Shown here: positions 25,437-38,103 of the stretch, piece after piece
Numbering within the stretch: the first letter of the stretch is position 1
Layout: every line of letters begins with the position of its first letter
NCBI GenBank assembly: GCA_026770705.1
Contig: JANJGN010001343.1
Coordinates: forward strand, 1 to 64,000
Origin: Isurus oxyrinchus
Taxonomy: Eukaryota
Direction of reading: 5' to 3'
Length of the DNA stretch: 64,000 nt
Made by a program: the position numbers and the translations under genes
Notes under the pieces: generated by a model
Seen by the model: only the letters and a program-made list of their open reading frames with translations
What the model was told of the DNA's origin: nothing
Database searches by the model: none

Positions 25437-27141
25437 CTAGAGAACACACAGAAAGAAATCATCACTGACTCTCCGCTTTCAATCTCTCACTCTGGCTGAA
25501 CAATCAAGCTTCATATCACTACAACATTTGCTGTAATATTGACCCATCCACTGGGATTCAATGTGGAATGAATGTTTTCATTGTAAACACTCTAAGAGTG
25601 GACAATCGGAACTTTCCCCTTAGCGTGGAACATTGGTGAGAATGGATCATTGTGCTGTTGGACTCCCTGTCCAATGTTTCTCTCCATCGCTGTGTACAGG
25701 ATTGTGCTGTAGAAAATTCTGGAAACGTTTAGTGCAGCGTGGAAATCCATCTCGGACGCGTGTGCGAATCGGGCAGGATCGAGATGGACTCCCTCACGGA
25801 CTTACTCACCCCGCTTAATAAACAGTTCCAATCTTTACCCAGAGAGAGGGGAGAATGTGGAACTCGCTCCCACAGGGAGTGGTTGAGGTGAACAGTATCG
25901 ATGTATTTAAGGGGCAGGAGGGTCGGTAACCAGAGGGACACAGATTGACGAACCGGAGGGGGAGATGAGGAGAATTTGTTTTGATAGAGCGAGTTGTTGT
26001 GATCTGGAAGGTGCTGCCTGAAAGGGCGGTGGAAGCAGATTCAATAGGAACTTTCAAAAGGGAAATTGGATTAACACTTGAAGGAGGAAGATGGGGGCAA
26101 AGTGGAGTGGTGGTTAGTGGATCTGATTGGATAGAACATTGAAAGACCTGGCACAGGCACAATGGGCTGAATGGCCTCCTCCTGTGCTGTATCATTCTCC
26201 GCTTCTATGATCTCTCCCCCAGTTAGTAACCGCTCCAGATCCCTCTTGAAGGCAACAGAGAGACAGCAACCACCACACCCACTGACAGCACATTCCCGAG
26301 GATCCCTACTCTCTGGGAAAAGATGAACTCCCCAACATCCAGCCTATTCCTGCTTCCTGGAGAGTGTAAACCCTTCCCAGAGCGCGGATGAATCTTTCAA
26401 TAAACTGTATTATCAAATCTACCATTTGATATATAAGTTAATTTCGATGAACTTACAGCATGTGTTGCAAATTGTGAAGTGAAGTTGGCTGAAAAGCTGG
26501 GAGGTGCAAGGTTAAGCACCACAGTGCCATCACTGGTGGGAGGATGTAAAGACAGTGTGACGTTTACATATGTTGCCCCCATTATAAACAGGGTCATTGG
26601 ACATGATGGCAAAACTGAACACTGGAAAGGTGAGAAAATGAAGTAAGCTCTTCACTAACAGGAAATCCCTTCCTAAACTTCCTTATCTCTCCCTTTCTCT
26701 CAGATACACAAAAAATTTGTCACAGGGCATTATAAGGAGGAGTTAGGACAGGCAAGAGTTACGGATTAGGAAGCTTCTTAAAGGAGGAGAGAGATACACG
26801 GAGAGGTGGGGAGTATCAGTTGGAATCTTTGTGCATGTGAGTTTCTGGAATAGACTTTGTAATTTGGATATTCTTCGATAAATATGAATGGGAACACATA
26901 TCCCAGAATCCAGGAGAACTCTCCAGTGCAGTACTGAGGGAGTTCAGGTAACTCACAAGGGAGTGTGTACTACTGAGTTAGTGTGTGAGTGTGTCTTTCT
27001 GTGTGCTCATGAGTGTGGGATTGTGTGTGTGCATGCACTTTGGGTCTGTACATTTGTGAGTGCTTGTGTGTGTGTGCGTGGGAGAGCATCTGAATATTTG
27101 TGTTTGGAGATGAGAGAAATATTAAAGTCTGTGTAACTCAC

Positions 27142-27423
27142 ATTCCACAGTGATGGTTATGAACCCCTCCACTGCTCCATGTTCATTCTCTGCCACACAC
27201 TGATATTCTCCAGTGTCCCTGGATGTAACGTGAGGAATCACCAACCACAGCTCATTGTTGGAACTTGTTCTGTTCATTGGGACATTAAGATGTCGCCACA
27301 TCAGGTTAGAAGCTGGGAAGCTCTCGACAGAGCAGATTATCACTGCAGAATTCCCCTCAATTATATTGATCGATGAAGCGTTAATCATATCTGGAGAAGT
27401 AATTGAGAGATTCCGTGGTGCGT
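27142..27423 (-). CDS. Siglec-like gene B: second C2/I-set Ig exon
   Basis: 282 nt, phase 1-1, AG/GT. YAPRNLSI..EGNSAVIICSVESFP..W..DTGEYQCVAENEHG. Confidence 0.93.
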
Positions 27424-28289
27424 CTAAAAACAAATACAGATCAGTTAACTTACACTGACTGTGAAGCACTTTGAAAGACACTGAGAATGTGAAAGGTGTG
27501 ATGTCAATGTACGTTCTTTCACCACATAGCCCGTAATCCAGGCAGACACTTCAGTTCAGTATTGAGGGCGTGCTGCACTGTCAGAGGGTCAGTACTGAGG
27601 GAGTGCTGCACTGTCAGTGTGTCAGTACTGAGGGAGTGTGGCACTGCCAGAGGGTCAGTCCTGAGGGGATGCTGCACTGTCGGAGGGTCAGTAGTGAGGG
27701 AGATCTGCACTGTTGGAGGGTCATTACTGAAGGAGTGCTGCACTGTCAAATGTTCGCTTCTGAGGGAGTGCTGCACTGTAGGAGGGACAGGGAGTGCTGC
27801 ACTGTAGGAGGGACAGTACTGTGGGAGCGCTGCACTGTAGGAGGGACAGTACTGTGGGAGCCCTGCACTGTAGGAGGGTTACTGCTGAGGTAAAACTGCA
27901 CAGTCAGAGCGTCAGTTCTGATTGACCAGTGCAATGTTGGAGGAGCACTACTGAGGGATCATTACACTATTAGAGAGTCAGTAATGAGGGAGTGCTGCAC
28001 TGTAGAAGGGTCAGTGCTGAGGAGGCAAACACGCTGTTATGTGTGTACTATAGGCCTCCTGTGATAATGTGGAGTGCCAGGTACCTTTAAGAGAATACAA
28101 GTGGATAAACCATGTGACAGTACTGACCAATCACTGGACAGTGTGGGCCACTGGTTAACTGTAAGTCTAGAGCTGGAGGTGGCTGTGGGAGCAGGCAAGG
28201 ATTTAGTGCTCTGCCCTCTGTTACAATAAATAATCAGCTTGTTCTAATGTCGGTCTCTCTTGGTTATTGATAGCAAGCATCAGCTAAGA

Positions 28290-28495
28290 AGAACTCAGCA
28301 GGTCTGGCAGCATCGGGGGAGAAGAAAAGAGTTGATATTTCGAGTCCTCATGACCCTTCGACAGAACTGAGGTCATGAGGACTCGAAACGTCAACACTTT
28401 TCTTCTCCGCCGATGCTGCCAGACCTGCTGAGTTTTTCCAGGTAACTCTGTTTTTGTTTTGGATTTCCAGCATCCGCAGTTTTTTTGTTTTTATC
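28290..28495. repeat. Palindromic Penelope-type terminal-repeat remnant (hairpin)
   Basis: Inverted arms ctcagcaggtctggcagcatc..gagtcctcatgacc / ggtcatgaggactc..gatgctgccagacctgctgag. Relatives at ~11135-11215, 23140-23222, 39225-39430 and 42915-43045. Confidence 0.75.
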
Positions 28496-28574
28496 AACTA
28501 ACAAGTGTATATGAAGGAGTGCAATTCGAGTTTACTCAACCAGTGAACTCATAGACTCAAGATATAAAACCAAC

Positions 28575-30300
28575 AAACAGTCAGGGAGAGATGGACAATC
28601 CAACATGTGATCACATTTCAGAGATGTGTAAGAATAATAAAGCAGTAATACTCAGGGATTTTAACTACCCAAATATTAACTGGGACAGCTTTAGTGAGCA
28701 AGGTAGGGAGGGAGAAAAATTCTGAAGTTGCATCCAGGAGAAGATTTTTAGCCTGTGCATAGAAAGCTCAACAAGGGAGGGGACAGTTCTGGACCTAATA
28801 TATGGAAAAGCGCCGGGGAAGTTGGAAAGCGTATCAGTAGGGGAGATAGTGACTGGAACTCAATTGGATTTAGGACAGTTATGGAGAAGGATAAGTTTGT
28901 GCTGGGAATAAAAATTCTAAACTGGGGAAAGGCTAATTTTACTAAGATGAGATATGATTGGGCCCAAGTGGACTGGGAGAAGCTATTTGCAGATAAAACT
29001 GTGTCAGAGCAGTGGGAGGCATTCAAGGAGGGAATAGCGAGAGTACAGAGCAGATATCTTCCTGTAAAGACAAAGAGGGAGACCAAGTCTGGAGAACCCT
29101 GGAAGACAAGGAACATAAAGGTTAGGATTGAGAAAAAAGAGAAGCTTATGGCAGATACTGAGGGCTCAATACAGCAGAGTCCCTAGAGGAGTATAAATAG
29201 TGCAGAGGGGAACTGAAAAAGGACATTAGGAAAGATAAGAGAGTGCATGAGAAAGCACTGGTGGGTAGAATAAAGCAAAACCCAGAGGGGTTTTTTAAAT
29301 ATGTAAAGAGCCGGAGAATAACTCGGGAAAGAGTGGGGCCGCTTAGGGACCATCGAGGTAATGTGTGTGTGGACCTGGAAGACGTGGGTACAGTCCTCAA
29401 TGAATACTTTGCATCAGTCTTCACAATGGAAAAGAATGATGCAGGTATAACATCAGGGTGGAGGACAGTGAAATATGAGAGGAAATTAACACAGAGAGAG
29501 GAGGTACTAGTGGGTTTAGTGGCCTGAAAAGTGGATAAATCCACAAGCCTGGATGAGATGAATCCAAAGCTGTTGAGGGAGGAAAGGGAAGAGATATCAG
29601 GGGCCCTGGCAGTAATTTTCAAATCCTCTCTGGCCACAGGTGAGGTGCCAGAGGACTGGAGGATGGCTAATGTTGTCCCATTATTAAAAAAGGGAGGAAG
29701 GGATAGATCAGGAAATTACAGGCCAGTCAGTCTAACCTCGGTGGTGGGGAAGTTACTAGTAAGAATTCTGAAGGACAGAATGAATCTGCACTGGGAGAGA
29801 CAAGGATTAATCTGGGATATTCAGCATGGATTTGTTAAGGGAAGGTCATGTTTGACAAACCTGATCAAATCTTTTGAGGAGGTAACCAGGAGTGTTGATG
29901 AGAGTAATGCCTTTGATGTGGTCGACATGGGCTGAGGAAGGCTTTTGATCAGGTGCCTCTTGGCAGAGAGGCCAAGAAAGTAAGAGCCCATGGGATCCAA
30001 GGCAAAGTGGCACGTTGGATCCAATATTGGCTGAGGCAGGAAGCAGAGGGTGATGGTGGAGGGATGTTTCTGTGACTGGATGTCTGTTTCCAGTGGGGTT
30101 CCACAGGGCAAAGTGCTGGGGCACTTGCTGTTTGTGGTGTATATAAATGAATTGGACTTATATAAAGGGGAAATGATCACGACGCAAATGGAATTCAACC
30201 TGGAAAAATGTGAGGTGATGCACTTGGGGAGGGAGTTGCTGACCAGCATGGACATGATGGGCTAAATGGCCTCCTTCTGTCCTGTAAGTGTCTATGAGTC
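28575..30300 (+). mobile_element. Degenerate CR1 LINE ORF2 (endonuclease end and RT)
   Basis: DFNYPNINW, PEDWRMANVVPLLKKG..NYRPVSLTSVVGKLL, QHGFVKGRSCLTNL, SGVPQG; stops and frameshifts; tatgagtc tail repeats. Confidence 0.93.
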
Positions 30301-30479
30301 TATGAGTCCATGATGCACTATCGGAGAGTCAGTAGTAAGGATGTACTGCCTGTCAGGGCTCACTTTTTACCAGTTAAACACCAATGGTTTGTTTATAAAC
30401 AAAGTGCAGTATGTGGGAGCTTGCTGTGCACATTTGATACTATTCCAGCTAATGTAGATTGAAGGGTGTTTGTACTTAC

Positions 30480-30776
30480 ATAGCACAGTCAGTACGAGGG
30501 TCCGCTTCGATGAAACAGATGGATATCTCACTCTGCAGCTGAGAGTGTGTCCGTGGTGTTTGAGTGATGGGATCAGGGTCAGAACAGAAGTATAGGTCAG
30601 AGTGACACCATGCTGAGTTACAGTGTTTGAGACTGATCCAGGTACGTCAGTGGGAGTGTCCCAGGTTAAGACAGGTGCTGCTGTTCCATTGCACGTTGTG
30701 TTGAAGGTGCAGCTTACATCCACACGCTTTCCTGCAATAATTTCAGCAGGGAATATCGTGGGTTTATCTGTGAAAT
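30480..30776 (-). CDS. Siglec-like gene B: first C2-set Ig exon
   Basis: 297 nt, phase 1-1. KP.I..VSCTFNTTCNG..PVLTW..SVLTLIPS.KHHGHTLSCRVRYP, including the extra Cys for the Siglec inter-domain bond. Confidence 0.93.
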
Positions 30777-32091
30777 CTAACACACAGAGAATGGATCCTT
30801 TTAGAGAAATATAACGTGAAGCATCAGTTCAAATAGAAACCACAGTCCCACACGAGAAAGCACTTTTACAAGGATGATATCAGAACTGAGAGGTTACAAT
30901 GATCATTAAAGAATTGTCTATTTTTACACTTGTTGAATCTCTGTCACTCAGATTAATACACGCTCACTCAGTGACCCTTGATTTGACCAGACTGGGTGAG
31001 GGTGGAGGAACAGCTCACAGCTCGGGGAGAAGAGACTCAGCATTTGGAAAAGGATATAGAGACACTGGAGAGGGTGGTAAAAAGCTTCACAAGGATGATC
31101 TCAGCAATGTGAGGCTTTACCTATCAGGAGAGGCTGAACAGGCTGGGTCTCTGTTCTCTTGAACAGAGAAGGTTGAGGGGTGACCTCATTTGACCTTTGA
31201 AGTAATGAAAGGTTTTGATCGAGTAGACATGGAGAGAGTGTTTCCACTCCTCACAATGAACAAAACCAGAGGCTGACAATATAACATCCTCACTAATAAA
31301 TCCAATGGGGAATTCAGGAGAAACTTCTTTACCCAGAGAGTGGGGAGAATGTGTACTTTAAGAATTACTTCATTGGCTGTGAATTGATTTAGGATCGTCC
31401 TGAGGTGGTGAAAGGCGCTATGGAAATGTGAGACTTGCTTTTGTATTTTGAAAGCAGGTATCCAAGGATGAGATGGGAACTGAGAGGTAACAACAATCAG
31501 CAGCAACTTTCCTATTTTCAAACTTGGTGGGGAATGTGTCACTGAGCTGAATACACTTTCACTCCCAGACCCTTGACTTGACAACACCGGGGTGTGGGTG
31601 ATGGAGCAGCCCACAGCTCATGGAACCCTGGCTCATCATTCTCTCAGAGATCTGGGTCACTGATCCCATTGCTCTCTGTGGGAGCTTCCTGTGTACAAAC
31701 TCACTGCCACGTTAGACAGTGACTATACTTCAAGAATTTCTTCATTTTCTGTGAAATGATTTGAAGTTTGCTGAGGTGGTGTAAGGCGCTATAGGAATGC
31801 ACATCCTTCTTTTGTCAAATTGTTAGACTTTTAAAAAGCATTAGGGAGACTAATGGGAGTGGATAACCTGATAACATTGATGGACACAGTCAATACATTT
31901 AATCATTGATATTAAAGTGAGTATTAGAGGTTGCTTTAAGACTGAACTGGAAGCTATCACCAGGTTATTGAGAATCAGACAGTCTGTTATAATAAACTGT
32001 ATTTTGTGTTAATATGTAAACGTCACAGTTTGTGTTATTTCCCATTGAGTGTTGAATGTGAATTGTTGAGTAATTATAACACAGCACTTAC

Positions 32092-32460
32092 CAGAAACAT
32101 GAAGCCGGGTTACAGGGTAATAGTTATGGCTCGGACCATTGTCAAATTCTATTCTGAAAAAATAAGGTCCTGCATCTTCCCGTCTGATGTTGTTTATAAT
32201 CAGGGAACAGTCGCCATCTTTCAGGTCTCCAGACAGCCGGGTCCGATGGTGGAACCGTGGTAACTCGTGACTGTGATCCTTGGAGTGAAAGGCAATGGGA
32301 GCCCAGGGAATCTGTTCCTCATTATTAAACCAGACTCCACCTCGTTGTTGGTTTTCCAGACACGATGGATAATTGTAATGACATGGAATCTGTACACACG
32401 AACCTTCCTGCGCTGTCACCTCTCGTGGAGTTTCACCTTTCCACTCTTGTGACAGTCCAA
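32092..32460 (-). CDS. Siglec-like gene B: V-set exon with essential Arg
   Basis: 369 nt, phase 1-1. EW..AQEGSCVQIPCHY..W..RTRLSGDLKDGDCSLIINNIRREDAGPYFFRIE. Confidence 0.94.
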
Positions 32461-33324
32461 CTGTGGAGAGAAATATCAATATTTAACCCTGGATCCTCAT
32501 TGTCTAGGGGATTATTTCTGATCCAAACCCCATATTGTTGTATTGTTGATTCCGATGCAGCATTGTAGACTGACTTGTCCCCAAGCTCAGCACTGACCCT
32601 ACTCCAGCAGACACTGTGAAACACACTAACAAAGCGCCTCTAACCTGAGCTCTGCATGTGTCAAGAGAAAGACAAATATACAAACTGAATATTGACACCT
32701 TTACACACGGACAGCTTTACCTTCCTTCTCTCTTTCAGTTATCTTGCTCCCTTATTGAAGTATCTAGCAAGGTGAGAATGGACAGGAAGTGTGACACTGA
32801 ACAGCCTGTCTATTCTAGGAGCTGCTGTGTTGTCTTCATGGGAAATTCTGACCAAAATCAGCAAAAGACACTAATTTCAGACCATTGCTGTCAGAGTCCT
32901 AGCCACAAGATAGACTTCATCCCCTGAATTTTGTGTCCAATTTTCCACTCAAGCTTTCACCTCCGCACACACCCACCCCGACCCCACAAGTCACTCGCTG
33001 ACCTACACTGGCTCCCAGTCCAACAACACCTCGATGTGATTATTTTCACACTTGATTTCCAATCCCTCCATCACTCCGCTCCACTCCCTGTCTCTGTAAC
33101 CTACTCAAACCTACAACCCTCTGTGATCTCTGCACTCCCCCAATTCTGCTGTCAGACAGGGAGTCAGTGTATATCAGGGAGCACAGGGGTGATGGGTGAA
33201 TGGGAGTTGGTGTGAGTTTGTGCACTGGGTCACTGCTGAATTGGTTCCGAATCACAGCTCAATAAGAATGATCTTTTACGAAGACTACTAACCATAAATC
33301 TGTCTGAGCTGACGATCATATTAC

Positions 33325-33364
33325 CTTGGAGAAGTGACAGGAGGCAGTAATATTTCCCAATTAT
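33325..33364 (-). pseudogene. Gene B leader exon with the start codon mutated ATG>ATA
   Basis: ggacaATAattgggaaatattactgc..caag|gt versus ggacaATGatcggg (49152) and ggacaATGgtcggg (41322); in-frame TAA upstream in the same exon. Confidence 0.8.
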
Positions 33365-33814
33365 TGTCCACTCCCAGATATTCCTTTAGCTTCTGACTCT
33401 CAAACTCTGAAAGAGAAAGGAGTTAATGAGACCTCACCTCTTGTCCGACAGCTCTCGAGAGATCAGAACTGCTTTTAGACAATGTCCTCTGAGACTAATT
33501 TGGTTCTCTGTGGGATGACAGGTGCTCTGCAGAGAGTTAAAAAGCTTTAAAAAAATAAATCAATGAAGGACTTGCATTTCTATAGCACCTTTCACCACCT
33601 CAGGATGTCCCAAAGCTCATGTCCCTGCACTTCCATCATCCCTTGAGCTAGAAAGATGTTCTGTACAACAGACTTGAGCCTCACACCCAGATCTCAATAA
33701 TCAGTAGAAATCTTTCAAAGGCATCAATCATTGGAATCTGTCTTTATAAAGTCACAACATCAACAAAGGACGGTGTTGGTGGTGGAAGTGAATTCCAATC
33801 GTTCCGTTACTTAC

Positions 33815-33955
33815 CCAGGACCTGTCCGACTGCTCGCCTGGGGAGGAACTGCCCACACGCTCTGCTTGGGCTGAATGACCTCTTCCTGTGCTGCTCCCTC
33901 TGTGTATTTAATGAGAAAGGGTTGATGTGTCACTGTGAGACAAAATGAAGAAGTT
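33815..33955 (-). promoter_or_regulatory. Gene B copy of the shared promoter / non-coding first-exon module
   Basis: Near-identical to 40731-40871, 48561-48701 and 62215-62352; ends in a gg|gtaagt donor; ETS core here is AGAA instead of GGAA. Confidence 0.65.
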
Positions 33956-34494
33956 GCATCAAAGTGACAGAACAGCTCGTGTTTTGAGTTTTTTGAAGCT
34001 GTTAACCCTTTGTGTTCTGGACTTGTGATGATATTTCTGCTCAAAAGCGGAAAGTCATTGACCAGGAATTCTCCTGTGGGACACTGGATTTCGAACCCTC
34101 TCTCTCTCTGAGTGAGAAGGTCGTCAGTTCGAAATTCATTTGGCAAAATTCAGGCTGGCAAACCAGACCGGCACTTGGTGTCAGGACTGAGAGCCCTGCA
34201 CAGTCGGAGAGTCAGTACTGAGGGAGTGTTGCACTGTTGGACGGTCAGCACTGACTTAGTGCTGCACTGTCGGAGGGTCTGTACTGCGAGTGTTGCACTC
34301 TGGGTGTGCCAGTGCTGAAGGAGTGCTGCACTGTCAGATGGTCAATGCTGAGGGAGCGCTACACTTTTCGAGCATCAGTACCTAGGGGCTGCTGCACTAT
34401 CAGGGGCTCATGACTAAGGGACCACTGCACAGTCGGAGGGTCCGTACCCAGGGAATGCTGCACTGTCGCAGGCTCAGTACTGAGGGAGTGCAAA

Positions 34495-37160
34495 CTAAAG
34501 TAGTGACAAGGGTTGAATAAACTGGTGATGAGGTGAAAAACAAGGAAGAAAAATCAAGGAATGAGAGCAAGGGAACTGAAATCGGGCTGTGCCTCACGCA
34601 GTGATTATAAATGTAATTTCCATCCTAATAACTGATGCAGCACCCCTCGAAGAATGCTGCAGTTTGGAAGAGTTGATCCTTTCGACCCAACGGTGGGCGA
34701 TTGGTCTCATTATGGTGAACTCCTCGCGTTCTTTTTCCAAGTGAATGACATTGATGGGGAGGAGAAGAGGCGAGCGACCCTCTTATCCACGTGTGGCAGT
34801 AAGATTTAGGGATTGATGCGAACTTTAATGCCACCCGGTGCCATGGATTCAAAAAGTTTAGATGATATAGTGAACCTTGTGAAGATTCCTTCCCAGCCCC
34901 AGCCCTCGGTAACGATGCAACGGTCCAAATTTAACTCAAGAAATAGAGTCCCAGGGGAGGCAGCTGCATGTTATTTGGAAAGTCTGAAACAGTTAATAGG
35001 ACATTGTGAGTTTGGTAAATCTATAAATGATATGCTGAGAGATCAACTGGTGTGCAGTATAAATGAAGATTCGATTCAGAAGAGATTACTGTCTGAAACA
35101 GATTTGGATATTCAGAAAGCTCTGGGAATAGTGCTGGCTATGGAAAGAGCAGTGAGGGACTCGAAAAACATATGGAGAGTGCAAAATGTCACCGTCCTCA
35201 TGTTGGGTGAGGAGCATCAGCCAAGAAGTGCGGGAAAATGTACAGCTCTGATGAGAAGCGGGAAACCTCCACCACTAGCAGCAAATAAAAAGGAATGACT
35301 TAGCAGAGAAAACATGGAATAATGTGAACAGAGGTGAAGCAGACAACCTCGTAGTGAATGGAACTTTAAAAAAACAATTGTTTTTACTGTCATCGAAACA
35401 GAGAGCCCATGAGAGATTGCAAGGATAGAATCAGGCAGAGTTTCAACCAAGAGAGAAAACCCTGTGAGATCCATAACATAGAAGAGCCTGAAGTAACAGA
35501 TTCAGATAGTTATTCATTGTATAATTTAAAGGTAGGAAGAACAGAGCCAATCTATGTAACAGTGAGGGTGAATGATAGAGCTCTCAGAATGGGGGTGGAC
35601 ACAGGAGCTAACACTACGCTAATTGGTGAGCATACTTTCAAATACTGGAATCATGGGGAAAGTCAATTAAATTTGGAAGAAACAGATGACTAATTGAAAA
35701 CTTACACGGGAGAAGACATTCAAGCCAAAGACATAAGCAGGGTTGTTATACAGTATGGAAGTCAATCAGTAAAATGACCCTTGATGATGGGAGCTGGTGA
35801 GGGACCAAGCCTCCTTGGACGAAACTGGCTGAAAGATATTAAACTGGATTGGTCTGAGATCTTCCAACTGAGAGCCAGTGGGCTACCTGAGCTACTACAA
35901 AAATACATCTCAGTTTTCCAAGATGAACTCGGGGAGATCCAGGGGCTGCAAGCAAAAATTCATGTGGATCCAGACTCTATTCCTCTGATTTATGAAGGCA
36001 CGGCCAGTACCTTATGCAATGTGGGAAAAGGCAGATGCTGAATTGGGCAGGTTCTAGAAACTGGGAGTGATACAATCTGTGCTGTCCTCAGAATGGGCAG
36101 CACCAATAGTCCCTGGACCTGAGCCTGGCCAAAGTGTTTGTGGAGATGACAAGAATTGACTGGAACGGCCTACACGGAGCTGATATGAGCCATGCTTATC
36201 AACAATTGGAGTTCGAGAAGGCCTCCCAGAAGTTTGTCACAATTAATACACACAAAGGGTTGTATCAATAAACCGGTTTGCCTTTCAGAGTCTCCTCTGC
36301 AGGATCACAGAGTCTTAATGGCACAGCAGGAGGCCATTCAGCCCATCGTGTCTATCCCAGCTCTCCAAATGAGCATCATGACCTAGTGTCATTGCCCTGC
36401 CTTTCCCCATGCCCCTGCACCTTTTCTCTATCCAAATAACCATCTAATGCCCTCCTGAATGCCTCGATTGAACCTGCCTCCACAACACTTCCAGGCCGTG
36501 CAATCCAGGCCCAAAACTTAGTTGTGTGAAAAAGTTTTTTCTCACGTCACATTTGCAACATCAGTCATGCTAAATGTCAGCGGGAAGGTGGAAAGGAGTC
36601 CAGGAAGACAGGAAACTGGACATGACTGGCATAGTCATGACAGGAAGCTGACCGTAGGAGAGACGGTATATGTGAAGGATTTTATAGAAGGGCCAAAGTG
36701 GTCACCGGGTGAAATAAATGCAGCGATTGGAACTCTTTCTCGCCATGTGAAAGTGGAAGACCGAGTCATATGGAGACATGTGGGTCATATAAGGAGGAGA
36801 GAAACAAAGTACCAAGAAACAATCCCACCAGTCTTCACGGCTGCGTCTATGTCTCCTGTTGAAAGAACTCAGCTGAGAACAGATGTGTCTGAAGGGTCCG
36901 TTGTACCTGCAAGAGTTGAGGAAACAGGTTTGCAGGTGTCCACCGAAGAAGCTGGTGTTGGGACAACATCAGAAAAGGAGACTCCTGACAAAGCATCTGA
37001 AGCTGTGGATCTGAGACGTTCCAGACGCATAAGGAAACCCCCCAGAAAGACTGAATTTGTAAATTACTGATCTGTGTTAATCATCTGATACTTTGAGAAA
37101 ATGGTAAAAGTAAGTGTAAAATGTATTTCTGAGTAAAGGGGGAGGGTGGTGGTAATCTGA
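34495..37160 (+). mobile_element. Degenerate Gypsy LTR retrotransposon (gag-protease-partial RT-integrase end) with an internal CR1 piece at ~36305-36555
   Basis: PBS-like aactggtgatgag; QRSKFNSRNR..MLRDQLVC..IQKRLLSE; VDTGA; PSLLGRNWL; LRRSRRIRKPP; polypurine tract aaagggggaggg. Confidence 0.88.
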
Positions 37161-37986
37161 TGTGTGATGTACCTTTAAGAAGAAGGTTACAATGGAAGAT
37201 AACATGAGCTCAGTGTTGTGGTGTGTTCTCAGAATCAACCTCAGGCCTGGCTAAAAACAGAACTCTACCCATTACAGGGAAACCATCTTTTTTGTTCACA
37301 GAGTTAGTCACGTACACATTGGGTTATTTAAATTCAAATCTTGTCAGTACATAATCACATAATAAGCATATGTTCCCAGTCCCAGGTACATATCTGCTCC
37401 TTACCCAAGCAAGAACTGTTTATCTCGTTTTAGCCTGGTGCTGTTTGCCTTTACCTTATCTGTTTACCCTCAGCATCTCTTTATGTCACTTCTCGAGTTA
37501 ATCCCTCGTGAACTTCAAGGCCTTTCTGGAGAGTTCTGCTGATGTCAGCCCCATGGTGCACAAGGTTCACCTGGAGAATTCTGCTGACCTTTGGTTTTCA
37601 CTAATAGAAGTCCCTGTTTAACTCTTATATCAGTGTCCAACAGCCGAGTGGCGCAGGTACCTCAGTAGTCGGTCACCTTTGGTTAGAGCCTGTAATGCGG
37701 AGACAGGGCTTGAGTTGAAAGCACACAAGTGTAGCTGCTGAGTTCCTTTGTAAATAAGCAGAATGTGTTTCATCTAAGAACTGTCTGCTGATCTACTCTG
37801 TCTATTGTACCTACTCAGCCTCTCCAAAACAAGCCTGGATCCATAAGTCCCAACAAACTCGTGAGCAGCATCCAACAGTATCAATAATTAATGTATCTAT
37901 TGTGGGTGGAATTTTTGATTTGGATCAATAATACTAAACACTGATCACTCTGAATGTCACTCTGATCATTTCTGTTTCTATTACAG

Positions 37987-38103
37987 AAGAAAGATGAGAA
38001 GGATCTGGAAATGAAATCTAACCGCGGAGTCAATCCTGATACAGATGATGATCTTTACGCAAACTGTGAATTTGCCAAGGATTCTGTTTATGGGAATTTA
38101 TAA
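37987..38103 (+). CDS. Orphan terminal cytoplasmic exon with Tyr motifs (DLYANC, SVYGNL*)
   Basis: Acceptor tttctattacag, phase 0, 38 aa then TAA: KKDEKDLEMKSNRGVNPDTDDDLYANCEFAKDSVYGNL. Paralogous to the exon at 62864. AATAAA at 38877. Confidence 0.75.
   Translation, partial: KKDEKDLEMKSNRGVNPDTDDDLYANCEFAKDSVYGNL

Noticed and set aside
25253-25465. ORF-track peptide MMISFCVFSRQW.. (and twin 45715-45927)
   Set aside because: Wrong frame; the phase-1 spliced frame gives the TM helix.
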